A stretch of 32,000 nucleotides of DNA from Dickeya dadantii NCPPB 898 (GTDB lineage: Bacteria; Pseudomonadota; Gammaproteobacteria; Enterobacterales; Enterobacteriaceae): positions 2,501,067 to 2,533,066 of the forward strand of contig NZ_CM001976.1 of the NCBI RefSeq assembly GCF_000406145.1, given 5' to 3'. The number at the start of each line of letters is the position of its first letter. The stretch's first letter is position 1. Below the pieces are notes generated by a model. That model made no database searches. It was given only the letters and a program-made list of their open reading frames with translations, and was not told the origin of the DNA. A program made the translations under genes and the position numbers. This document shows positions 1 through 9,628 of this stretch, piece by piece.

Positions 1-3000
1 CGCCGCCCTGCTCCGCCAGCAGCGTGCCGCCGTTGTCCAGACTGTCGCCGGTCAGGCTCAGCGTGCGGCTCTCCAGCCGCCCGGCGTTGGTGAGGTCGCC
101 GGCCGTCAGCGTCAGCGCCCCGCCGGCCGACAGCGTGCCCGCATTATCCAGCCCGCGACCGGTTATCCGGCCGTCGCCCCCGGCGGTCAGCACCCCGGTG
201 TTGCTCAGCCGCCCCGTACCGATTGCCTGTACATCCTGCGCCAGTTGCCGTGCCGCCCGCAGCGTGGTGCGCAGCGGGTCGCCGTCCGCCGTCGGCAGCG
301 TGATACGCACCTCGCCGTCACTGTGTATCTGCCCGCCGTTGCGCAGACTGTCGGCGGTCAGCCACAGGCTGCCCGTCTGCCATTCGCCGTCGTTGTCCGC
401 CGTCGTCGCCGTCAGCACCGCCGCGCCCTGCGTCAGCAGTCTGCCGGTGTTGGTCAGCGCGCCGTTTACCGTCAGCGTCATTGCAGAGAGGCCCAGCAGG
501 GTGCCGCCGTTGTCCAGACGGTCCGCCGTGGCATCAAGGCTCGTCGCCCTGCCACTGCCCCCGGTTGTCCAGCGCAGCGGCCGTCAGGCGGCCCGCGCCC
601 TGACTCAGCCACTGCCCCGTGGCCTGATTGCGCGCCGTCCCCGCTATCGCCAGCGTCAGCGCGTCCACCCCCAGCAGGGTACCGCCGTTGTCCAGACTGT
701 CCGCCGTCAGGCTCAGCGTCTGCCCTTCCAGCCGCCCGCGGTTGGTCAGCGCGCCGGTCGTCGTCACCGTCAGCGCATCCAGACCAGTGATATTGCCGTC
801 ATTGGTCAGCGGCCCGCCGCCGATATCGACCGTCTGACCCTGCCAGCCGCCCGCCGTCGTTGGCGAGCGTCGTGCCGCGCAGCGTCAGCGCCGCGTCGCT
901 GTACAGGCTGCCCGCGCCGGCGTAACGGCCGGTCAGCGTCAGCGCGCCCTGCGCCGCCAGCTGCCCGGCGTTGTCCAGGTCCGTTCCGGTGACCGTCAGG
1001 TCGCCCCGTACCGACACCGCCCCCCGGTTATCCAGCCCGCCCGGCGTCAGCGTGGTGTCGCCGTTCGCCGCCAGCGTGCCGGTGTTGGTCAGTACGCCCG
1101 CCGGGGACAGCGCCACCGTCAGCGCGCCGTCGCTCTGTATCCGCCCGCCGTTGCGCAGGCCGTCGGCCGTCAGCCGCAGGCGGCCCGCCTGCCACTCGCC
1201 GTCGTTGTCCACCGTCGCCGCGCGCAGCACCGCCACCCCCTGCGTCAGCAGTGTTCCGGTGGCGGTGTTGGTCAGGGTGCCGTCGGCCGTCAGCGTCAGC
1301 GCCGACAGCCCCAGCAGCTGCCCGGCGTTGCGGATACGGTCCGCCGTGGCGCTCAGGCTGTCGCCCTGCCACTGCCCCTGGTTGTCCAGCGTGCCGGCCG
1401 TCAGGCGGCTTTCGCCCTGACTCAGCCACCGGCCCGACGCCTGATTGCGCGCCGTGCCGGCTATCGCCAGCGTCAGCGCGTCCATCCCCAGCAGCGTGCC
1501 GCCGTTATCCAGGCTGTCCGCCGTCAGGCTCACCCGCTCGCCCGCCAGCGTGCCCCGGTTGACCGCCGCCCCGCTCAGCGTCAGGTCCAGCTGCGTCAGC
1601 CCGCCCAGCTGCCCGTCATTGCTCAGCGTATCGCCGCGCAGCGCCAGCCGCCCGCCCTGCAGCGTGCCGCCGTTCGACAGCGTCGCCGCCTGAATATCCC
1701 ACGCCCCCGCCGCCCGCAGCGTCCCGCCGTTGTCCAGTTCGTCCAGCACCAGCCGCCCGTCGCCGCCCAGCGTGACCGCCCCCTGATGGCGCCACCGCCC
1801 GGTGCTCAGTGCCAGACCCTGCGCCGTCAGCGCGCCCGCCGTCGCCACCCCGCCGGCCGTCACCGTCACCGTGCCGCCGCTGCTCAGCATCCCGTCCGCC
1901 GTCTGGCTGAAGTCGCGCCCCACCGTCAGCCCCACCGCCTGCCGCCCCTGCAGCGTGCCGCTGTTCGCCAGCCCGTCCGCCGTCACGCTCAGCGCGCCCC
2001 CCGCCATCACCCCCCGGTTGGCCGTCTGCCCCGCCTGTACCCTCAGCTCGCCACCGGACAGCAGCGACCCGCCGTTGTCCAGCCCCGTCCGCGCCTGCAC
2101 CGACAGCGTCTCGTCCGCCGACAGCGTGCCGCCGTTGCTCAGTTGCGGCGTCTGTACCGATACCTGCCGCCCGCTCACCGTGCCCCGGTTGTCCAGCGAC
2201 GCCGCCCGTACCGTGGCGGTCTGCCCCGCCAGCGTCCCCGTGTTGCCCAGCGCCCCGCTCAGGTCCAGCGTCAGCCCGTCCACCCCCAGCAGTTCACCGC
2301 CGTTGTCCAGCGTGCCGCCGGTGACCGTCACCGTCTTCCCCTGCCAGCGGCCGCCGGCGCCCACCACGCCGTTGCCGGTCAGCGTCAGCGCCCCGTCGCT
2401 GTAGACCCGACCCGCCCCCGCGTAGTCGCCGTTCAGCGTCAGCGCGCCGCCCCCCGCCAGCTGCCCGGCGTTGTCCCGCGTCGCGCCCTGCACCGTCAGC
2501 CGGCCCAGTGCCGACACCGTGCCCCGGTTATCCAGCCCGCCCAGCGTCAGCGCCGTGTCGCCGTTCGCCGCCAGCGTGCCGCTGTTGGTCAGCCCGCCCG
2601 CCGGGGACAGCCTCACCGTCAGCGACCCGTCACTCTGTATCTGCCCGCCGTTGCGCAGGCTGGCCGCCCCCACCGTCAGCGCCCCGCCCGCCTGCAGCGC
2701 GCCGTCCCACTGCGCCGCGCCAAACCCGTCCAGCGTCAGGTCCCCCGTCGCCTGCCAGCGCCCCGCACCGCCCAGCGTGCCGCCGCTGACCGTCACCGTC
2801 TGCGCCCCCGCTCCCCGTCCAGCGTCAGCGCCCCCCGCTCAGCGTCAGCGCGCGCCCCGCCTGCCACGCCCCGCCCGCCGACTGGCTCACCGCCCCCGAC
2901 GCCGTCAGGCTCACCCGGTCCCCCGTCAGCGCCGCCTGACCCAGCACCAGCGCCGACCCGCTCAACGTCAGACCGTACCCCGGCTGCACCGCCCCGTCGT

Positions 3001-4084
3001 CGCGCACCCCGGCGCTCAGCTGCCCGCCGTCCGCCGTGATGCGCCCGTCGCTCGCCAGCGTCAGCCCCTGGCCCGCCCGCGTCCGGCTCCCCGTCAGCGT
3101 GACGCCCTGCGCGCCCCGCAATGTCATGTTGCCCTGCGCCTGCTGGCTGCCCTGCAGCGCCAGCGTCCCGCCCTGCGCCGTCAGCTCGCCCTGCGCTATC
3201 GCGCTCCCCACCTGCAGCCGTCCGTTCGCCGACAGCTGAATGTCCCCCTGCCGCGCACTCAGCCCGGCGGTATTCACCCCCACCCCCTGCTCCGTCGACA
3301 CCAGACTGATGCGGTTGGCGTACATGCCCCCCAGCGCCCCCGGTGTCCCAGCGCCAGCGCCGGCGCCGGCCCCTCGCCCGCCTGCGCCGTCACCCGCCCG
3401 GCCGCGTCCACCCGGTTCGCCCCCAGCACCACCCGCGCGTCCCGCGCGCTCAGCCCCGCCTGCAGCGACGCCGTGCGCGCTATCAGCGCAAACGTAGTCC
3501 CGCTCTGGCCTTCGGCGTCCAGCCCCGCCCCGTCTATCAGGATGTCCCCGCCGCGCACGTCCAGCCCGTCAAGCCGCCCCGCCGCGTCAAACCGCGGGGT
3601 GCCGGTGGTCAGGGTGATGCGCGGGGTGTTGAGAAAGCCGCAGCCGCTGCAGGTGATGCCGTAGGGGTTCGCCACCACCACGTTCGCCGCCGGGCCCGCC
3701 ACTTCCAGGTAGCCCGCCAGCCGGCCTGCGGTTCGGCGACACCACCTCGTTGAGGATGGCCGAGGCGGCGCGCCCGTTCAGGTTGGGGTTGTTCTGCAGC
3801 AGCCCGCCCAGCTGGCTCGGCGTCAGCTGGGCGGTGCCGTTGTTGAGGATAAGGCCGCGGTTGTCGACGTTGAAGTCATGGTAGCGGTTGTGCGACAGCC
3901 CCGCGGCGTCCGGCGTGGCGATGTTCACCACCGGCACCCCGTTGCCCGCCGCCTCCAGCGCCGTGTTCCCCGACGCCACCGTCACCCCCGCCGCCCATGC
4001 CGGCAGCAGCGGCTGCAGCCCCGTCAGCCACACCAGCCCCCACGCCATCACCCGCTGCGACGTCTTCACCTTCACCGCTTTCAT
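1..4084 (-). pseudogene. Two-partner-secretion exoprotein (TpsA; filamentous haemagglutinin / HecA / CdiA-like). This is the 5' portion only; the gene continues past position 1. The frame is disrupted in several places.
   Basis: ATG at 4084 lies 7 nt after an AGGAG. The N-terminus [33 protein letters not shown] looks like a signal peptide. A TPS domain follows, with [36 protein letters not shown] and [24 protein letters not shown] (NPNL and NPNGI-type motifs). After that come G/L/T/N-rich FHA-type repeats (GTLxNxGxL). The reading frame changes between ORF-track pieces 3587..4117, 3274..3702, 2825..3325, 799..2796 and 534..767, and a further open frame runs 1..538. Confidence 0.85.
280..2680. 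repeat. Long DNA-level internal repeats inside the haemagglutinin gene. One module has a period of about 0.81 kb, and there is a third partial copy at a 1.5 kb offset.
   Basis: Near-identical stretches: ctgtgtatctgcccgccgttgcgcag at ~321 matches ctctgtatccgcccgccgttgcgcag at ~1132 and ctctgtatctgcccgccgttgcgcag at ~2632. gctatcgccagcgtcagcgcgtcca at ~641 matches ~1457. cagctgcccggcgttgtcc at ~959 matches ~2459. Confidence 0.8.
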
Positions 4085-4682
4085 CCCTGAACTCCTGAAT
4101 AATAATGCACAAGGCAAATCAGTAAATTAACGGTACAAACACGTAACCCGTTCGGGCCGTAAGGAACGAACGCGGCTGAACAGATCTGCACCGTTTTTTA
4201 TTTTTGTGCCTAACCGCTACCGCGATATCGGCTGCTGTGTATTCCGTCGGGGTCGACGGCGAGGAAAAAGCTGGAAGGGAGAGGCAAGGAAGAATGACAG
4301 CGGGAACCGCCAGAACATCCTGTCACGCAGACCACATCCATGCAGTAATAATTGGCGTCATATTAATTCGTCATCTTTTCAAAAACAATACAAAAATTTA
4401 CAAAACAATTTCAATTAATACGTGGATAAGAAATTATTCAACTGAATGATATTATTTGTTATTTTTGTTTAAGAAACGTCTTTCCCCTGTCTTCGGAAAT
4501 AACCTGGCAACCTATTTATTCATGAAAAAGTCAGCGAGTAAAAACCAGATGGAAGTAGGAATGACAATCGGATAACGGCGGTGTGTTTTTTCCACCGATT
4601 ATGATTTACGGTTTTTTAACAGGGTTTACCGATAAGCCTAACCGCCCCAATAGGACGGTTAGCTAATATCGGGATCACAGAC
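4085..4682. other. AT-rich non-coding spacer between the dadA stop and the haemagglutinin start; presumed promoter/leader of the TpsA gene.
   Basis: It is visibly AT-rich, especially 4330-4480, which is runs of A/T such as aaaaatttacaaaacaatttcaattaatac, and it sits next to a very GC-rich gene. The only ORFs are two overlapping low-complexity plus-strand ones (4204..4449, 4206..4418). A 7-bp hairpin, ctaaccg/cggttag at 4638-4662, lies just after the dadA stop but has no U-tract. Confidence 0.5.
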
Positions 4683-5933
4683 TCAGGCGTAGCGGGAGAA
4701 GGAGAGATCGTCGTATTCAATTGCCGGCGTGTGGCCGGAAATAATATCGGCCAGCAACTGACCGGAACCGCATCCCATGGTCCAGCCTAATGTGCCGTGC
4801 CCGGTGTTCAGATACAGATTTTGTAATGGCGAGCGCCCGACCAGCGGCGTGCCGTCCGGCGTCATCGGCCGTAGTCCGGTCCAGAACGTCGCCTGTTCCA
4901 CCGGCCCGCAGTCCGGGTACAGATCTCGCACCACCATTTCCAGCGTGTCGCGGCGTTTTTGATTCAGGGAAAGATCAAACCCGGCGATTTCGGCCATGCC
5001 GCCGACGCGGATGCGCTGATCAAACCGGGTAATGGCGATCTTATAGGTTTCATCCAGTACGGTGGAAACCGGCGCGCCCTCCTCGCTGGACAGTGGAATC
5101 GTCAGCGAATAGCCCTTCAGCGGATAAACCGGAATGTCGAACCATTTTTCCAGCAGGCCGCGGGAATAAGAGCCGCACGCCATGACATACGCGTCCGCCG
5201 TGATCTTTTCGCCGTTGCAATACACCGCGTTGACCCGCTGACCGTCTGCGTCAATATGCTGCACCACGCTGTCGAAACGGAATGTTACGCCCGCCTCCGC
5301 CGCCATCGTCGCCAGTTGCCGGGTAAACAGCTGGCAATCGCCGGTTTCGTCGTGCGGCAAGCGCAACCCGCCGCTCAGTTTATGGCGCACGCCGGCCAGC
5401 GCCGGTTCGACGGTAGCCAGTTGGTCGGCTTCCAGCAGTTCATAAGGTACGCCGGCCTCTTTCAGCACCGCGATATCACGGTAAGCGTTTTCATATTGCT
5501 GCGGGGTACGGAACAGTTGTAACGTCCCGCCCTGACGCCCTTCATAGGCAATACCGGTGTCGGCACGCAGCGCCTGCAGACAGTCGCGGCTGTATTCAGC
5601 CAGCCTGACCATGCGGGCTTTATTGACGCGGTAATGCGCGCTGTCGCAATTCAGCAGCATCTGCCACATCCAGCGTAGTTGCGTGGCGGTAAAGTCCGGA
5701 CGAATCGCCAGTGGCGCATGCCGCTGAAACAGCCATTTGATCGCCTTGAGCGGAATGCCCGGCGCGGCCCAGGGCGCGGAATAACCCGGGGAAATCTGAC
5801 CGGCGTTGGCGGCGCTGGTTTCCAGCGCGGGTTCGGCCTGTCGGTCAATGACGGTGACGTCATGTCCTGATTGGGCCAGATACCAGGCGGTACTGACGCC
5901 GATAACACCACTCCCTAAAACAACCACCTTCAT
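4683..5933 (-). CDS. dadA: D-amino acid dehydrogenase small subunit
   Basis: [19 protein letters not shown]...[14 protein letters not shown]...GHGTLGWTM aligns along its length with E. coli DadA. I placed the start at the ATG at 5933 (MKVVV, Rossmann GxGxxG), not the ORF-track start at 5951. Confidence 0.95.
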   Translation of the reverse strand: MKVVVLGSGVIGVSTAWYLAQSGHDVTVIDRQAEPALETSAANAGQISPGYSAPWAAPGIPLKAIKWLFQRHAPLAIRPDFTATQLRWMWQMLLNCDSAHYRVNKARMVRLAEYSRDCLQALRADTGIAYEGRQGGTLQLFRTPQQYENAYRDIAVLKEAGVPYELLEADQLATVEPALAGVRHKLSGGLRLPHDETGDCQLFTRQLATMAAEAGVTFRFDSVVQHIDADGQRVNAVYCNGEKITADAYVMACGSYSRGLLEKWFDIPVYPLKGYSLTIPLSSEEGAPVSTVLDETYKIAITRFDQRIRVGGMAEIAGFDLSLNQKRRDTLEMVVRDLYPDCGPVEQATFWTGLRPMTPDGTPLVGRSPLQNLYLNTGHGTLGWTMGCGSGQLLADIISGHTPAIEYDDLSFSRYA

Positions 5934-6266
5934 TATTGCTGTTCTCCCCACATCCTCCGCTAATCCCGCGGAATATGCTGCATAATGCCGTAAACACCAA
6001 AATAAAAGGCTACTTTAGCATTTGGCCGCCAATTGTCATCTGTTGCAGATATAGCTTTTATTTATTATGAGAGAGTGAACACGGCAACGTAGGATAACGA
6101 GTGGCGACGTGCAGCCAATCCGGCGTAGCGCTGGCTGCATGGCATCCGGTTTTTCACACGAAGGCTTCATCCAAGCTACCGATTTCACATCACTTTTCCC
6201 AAAATAAGCTACGATTAAGTATGCCGACGCAATGAGGTGGCGGCAGTTATAGTGAGGGGTGCGCTG

Positions 6267-7802
6267 ATGGTTATATCGACTGATGAGCGGGTAACGAGCC
6301 CACAACGTCTGAGTGACGGACCTGACTGGACATTCGATTTGCTGCAGGTCTATCTGGATGAAATTGACCGGGTAGCCAAACTCTACCGTCTGGATACTTA
6401 TCCCCACCAAATCGAGGTGATCACCTCTGAACAGATGATGGACGCCTATTCCAGCATCGGGATGCCCATCAACTATGCCCACTGGTCGTTCGGCAAGAAA
6501 TTCATCGAAACCGAGCAGCGTTACAAGCACGGTCAGCAAGGGCTGGCATACGAAATCGTCATCAACTCCAACCCCTGCATCGCCTACCTGATGGAAGAGA
6601 ACACGATGCCGATGCAGGCGCTGGTGATGGCTCATGCCTGCTACGGCCACAACTCGTTCTTCAAAGGCAACTACCTGTTTCGCAGTTGGACCGACGCCAG
6701 TTCAATCGTCGATTATCTGCTGTTCGCCCGTCAGTACATCGCCCAATGCGAAGAGCGCCACGGCGTTGACGAGGTGGAAAAGCTGCTCGACTCTTGCCAC
6801 GCATTGATGAATTACGGCGTGGACCGCTATAAACGACCGCAGAAAATATCGTTGGAAGAGGAAAAACTGCGTCAAAAAAGTCGCGAAGCCTATCTGCAGA
6901 GTCAGGTAAACGAACTCTGGCGTACGCTTCCCCGCCGCGAGCAGGAGACATCGCCGGAAAAAGCCCGCCGTTTCCCGAATGAGCCGCAGGAAAACCTGCT
7001 CTATTTCATGGAGAAAAATGCCCCGCTGCTGGAACCCTGGCAGCGTGAAATCCTGCGTATCGTGCGTAAAATCAGCCAGTATTTTTATCCGCAAAAACAG
7101 ACGCAGGTGATGAATGAAGGCTGGGCCACGTTCTGGCATTACAGCATCCTCAATCATCTCTATGACGAGGGCAAACTGTCCGACCGCTTTATGCTGGAGT
7201 TCCTCCACAGTCACACCAACGTGGTTTACCAGCCGCCGTACAACAGCCCTTACTATAGCGGCATCAACCCCTATGCGCTCGGCTTCGCCATGTTTCAGGA
7301 CATCAAGCGTATCTGTCAGGAGCCGACGGAAGAAGACCGCTACTGGTTCCCGGACATCGCGGGCAAAGACTGGCTGGATACCCTGCACTTCGCAATGCAG
7401 AACTTTAAGGACGAGAGCTTCATCAGTCAGTTCCTGTCGCCCAAAGTGATGCGGGATTTCCGTTTGTTTACCGTACTGGATGACGACCACAATAATTATC
7501 TGGAGATCGCCGCCATCCACGATGAAAAAGGTTACCGGAAGATCCGTCAGGAATTGTCCTCCCAGTACAACCTGAGCAACATCGAGCCCAATATTCAGGT
7601 CTGGAATGTCGATTTACGCGGCAATCGCTCGCTGACCTTGCGCTATGTGCCGCAGAATCGGGCGCCGCTGGACAAAAGCAGCCATGAGGTGATGAAACAC
7701 GTGTACCGTTTATGGGGATTTGACGTCACACTGGAGCAGATGAATGAAGATGGCGGCGTCGAACTGATTGATCGTTGCCCGCCGCGTAATGCCGCGCTAT
7801 GA
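6267..7802 (+). CDS. ycgB: SpoVR-family protein YcgB
   Basis: LSDGPDWTFDLL..YLDEIDRVAKLYRLDTYPHQIEVITSEQMMDAYSS...NEGWATFWHY is nearly colinear with E. coli YcgB. The ATG at 6267 follows GAGGGG by 7 nt. The ORF-track start at 6237 adds 10 residues with no homology. Confidence 0.93.
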   Translation: MVISTDERVTSPQRLSDGPDWTFDLLQVYLDEIDRVAKLYRLDTYPHQIEVITSEQMMDAYSSIGMPINYAHWSFGKKFIETEQRYKHGQQGLAYEIVINSNPCIAYLMEENTMPMQALVMAHACYGHNSFFKGNYLFRSWTDASSIVDYLLFARQYIAQCEERHGVDEVEKLLDSCHALMNYGVDRYKRPQKISLEEEKLRQKSREAYLQSQVNELWRTLPRREQETSPEKARRFPNEPQENLLYFMEKNAPLLEPWQREILRIVRKISQYFYPQKQTQVMNEGWATFWHYSILNHLYDEGKLSDRFMLEFLHSHTNVVYQPPYNSPYYSGINPYALGFAMFQDIKRICQEPTEEDRYWFPDIAGKDWLDTLHFAMQNFKDESFISQFLSPKVMRDFRLFTVLDDDHNNYLEIAAIHDEKGYRKIRQELSSQYNLSNIEPNIQVWNVDLRGNRSLTLRYVPQNRAPLDKSSHEVMKHVYRLWGFDVTLEQMNEDGGVELIDRCPPRNAAL

Positions 7803-7824
7803 CGCTTAATAGATCGACGGAAAG

Positions 7825-7858
7825 AAAAACGGGTAGCTGAAATCGCTACCCGTTTTTT
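7825..7858. terminator. Bidirectional Rho-independent terminator between the convergent genes ycgB and fadR.
   Basis: A perfect 9-bp stem, acgggtagc (7829-7837) / gctacccgt (7845-7853), closes a 7-nt loop. It is flanked by an A5 run on the left (7825-7829) and a T6 run on the right (7853-7858). Confidence 0.75.
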
Positions 7859-7879
7859 CATCAATCACATTGTTATCAA

Positions 7880-8599
7880 CTAACCGCGGCCTTCGGCCAG
7901 ATCACGCGGGATGGCGTTCTGCATGCTGTGCCACAGCGCACCGCTCTCTTTGCCGTATTGGCGAATTACGTCGGGAACCTGCTCATACAGCCCGTCACGG
8001 CTCAGCGACTCCAGACGGCGATAGAACGCCAGCGCGGTTTTGCGAGCTTCCTGATTGGAGAAGTAGTAGCGCCCAACGCGAATATACAGCCCTTTCAGCC
8101 CGTTGATAATCAAGCCGTAAATCGGGTTACCGGAGGCGAACGCCAATCCGCGGAACACGTTGTAATCCAGTTCAGCGTAGGCATCCGACGTGTCTTTAAC
8201 CGATTCAGTCAGCTTAAGTATTTCTACCGATTTAGCCGGATGCAGACGAATCGCGGTGCGAATAAAAATCCCGGCGATATTGGTGCGCACCGCCAGTAAA
8301 TTGTCAATCAATTGAGGAACGCTGTCGTGATCGAGCCGGGCCAGCGTTTCGAGGATATTCAGCCCGGACGTTTCCCAAAAGTTATTGATTTTGGTTGGTT
8401 TACCGTGCTGAATCGTTAGCCATCCATCACGGGACAGGCGCTGTAGCACCTCACGCAACGTCGTGCGCGTGACCCCGATCAATTCAGATAATTCCCGTTC
8501 TGCCGGCAGAATGGATCCAGGAGGAAAACGATTATTCCATATACTTTCAATAATGTACTCTTCCGCGAATCCCGCCGGACTTTGCGCCTTTATAACCAT
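7880..8599 (-). CDS. fadR: Fatty-acid metabolism regulator FadR (GntR family)
   Basis: [55 protein letters not shown] is essentially identical to the E. coli FadR N-terminus, and the protein aligns full length. Confidence 0.97.
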   Translation of the reverse strand: MVIKAQSPAGFAEEYIIESIWNNRFPPGSILPAERELSELIGVTRTTLREVLQRLSRDGWLTIQHGKPTKINNFWETSGLNILETLARLDHDSVPQLIDNLLAVRTNIAGIFIRTAIRLHPAKSVEILKLTESVKDTSDAYAELDYNVFRGLAFASGNPIYGLIINGLKGLYIRVGRYYFSNQEARKTALAFYRRLESLSRDGLYEQVPDVIRQYGKESGALWHSMQNAIPRDLAEGRG

Positions 8600-8857
8600 A
8601 AGTTTATATTCCGTAGCGATGTTTACTAGTGAAAGTCAACATCATCATACCAAACGAACCCTACATCACATAGCATAGCAGGACCTGAAAATCTTAATTC
8701 GATATAAAAACTGTGATTAAAGACAATTCCTTCCAGACAAACGTGAATATGCCCCGCTTTACGGTAATTTTCTTTAACCACACATCGATTGTTAAATTAA
8801 ATTAACGTCAAAGAAGAAAGCCAACGGTGCGGGATCCGCCACTTCAACCACATCCTT

Positions 8858-9510
8858 CTGAAAAACGTTCCTGGCAACATTCCAAATGGATACAAGCCAG
8901 CCATTCTATTATTTCTAATTATCAATCACCTGCTGTTCTTTCTGGTCAACGCATTTGCCGCCGGCTGGTCGCCTGGGTTATTTTCGCTTCAGGCATCCCC
9001 TGAGAGGTAACCTGTCGTAACCCGGCGGATTCGCTGACGCCGGTGGCTATTTTCACTGGCACGACCAGTCTAGATCAAGTATGGCATGACGTTGCCGATA
9101 ATATTAAAGTTTTGTCATCGCCGGTTTCCATGATAACGGCAGTCGCGTTTATCAGACAGCGATTGCCGCGCGTGTTTAGCGCCGACAGCCGGATATCCAT
9201 CCCGCATCGGCTATTCCGTTTTTTGAACAGCGTGGAGTTTTATTTTCACTTTTTCTGATTCCCTGTCGCCGCGCCGATCTTTCCTCCATACTGTGTTTCG
9301 CTTTTCCGCTATTTATCATTATGTTGTGCTCTCAGACGATGATGCAGCCACTTCATTGATCAATACCGTCATGCACCAGCATAAATCGTGTATAGTAGGG
9401 GGCGGATTTCGCCATGAAACTGGCGATCCCTCATAGAAAGCGTTAAAAACAGCAGAGTATTTGTTGGCACAGCAGAATCTCCTCAGGCACTGATGCAGAT
9501 TCCGGGCGGT
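8858..9510 (+). pseudogene. nhaB: Relic of the Na+/H+ antiporter gene nhaB. Only roughly the N-terminal half is present, with frameshifts, stops and no start codon.
   Basis: Translating across several frames gives LKNVPGNIPNGYKPAILLFLIINHLLFFLVNAFAAGW, then LVAWVIF, then PGG, then AIFTGTTSLDQVWHDVADNIKVL, then [13 protein letters not shown] and ESPQALMQI. These line up in order with E. coli NhaB: [90 protein letters not shown]. ORF-track entry 9043..9258 is one fragment of it. Confidence 0.8.
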
Positions 9511-9628
9511 ACAGGCGTCACTGACGCCGCCGCAAGAAACGTCAGTTCATCCGGATCAGAGATTCAATGAGGGCAGCGAGCACGGTTATCACTGCCCATA
9601 CTATCGTTTTTAGCATGGAATATTTTTT

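Noticed and set aside
24-3753. Long plus-strand ORFs (24..992, 1786..3039, 2471..3664, 971..1420 and others) overlapping the haemagglutinin gene.
   Set aside because: Their translations are low-complexity P/R/A/S strings with no domain-like sequence. They are the expected antisense open frames of a very GC-rich repetitive gene whose minus-strand translation has clear TPS-domain and FHA-repeat homology.
4204-4449. Overlapping 81-aa and 70-aa plus-strand ORFs in the AT-rich spacer upstream of the haemagglutinin gene.
   Set aside because: They have no SD, an odd composition that drifts from GC-rich to AT-rich, and no recognisable motif, and the two overlap each other in different frames. They are most likely chance ORFs in promoter DNA.
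4085-4682. A search for a dadX (alanine racemase) remnant downstream of dadA, analogous to the nhaB relic.
   Set aside because: I translated the minus strand in all three frames and saw nothing resembling DadX motifs such as KANAYGHG. The DNA is AT-rich and stop-dense, so no relic can be claimed.
9043-9258. A 71-aa ORF in the fadR-dsbB gap, considered as a possible small protein gene.
   Set aside because: Its sequence (AIFTGTTSLDQVWHDVADNIKVL...) aligns with an internal segment of NhaB, so it is one surviving frame of the nhaB relic and not an independent gene.
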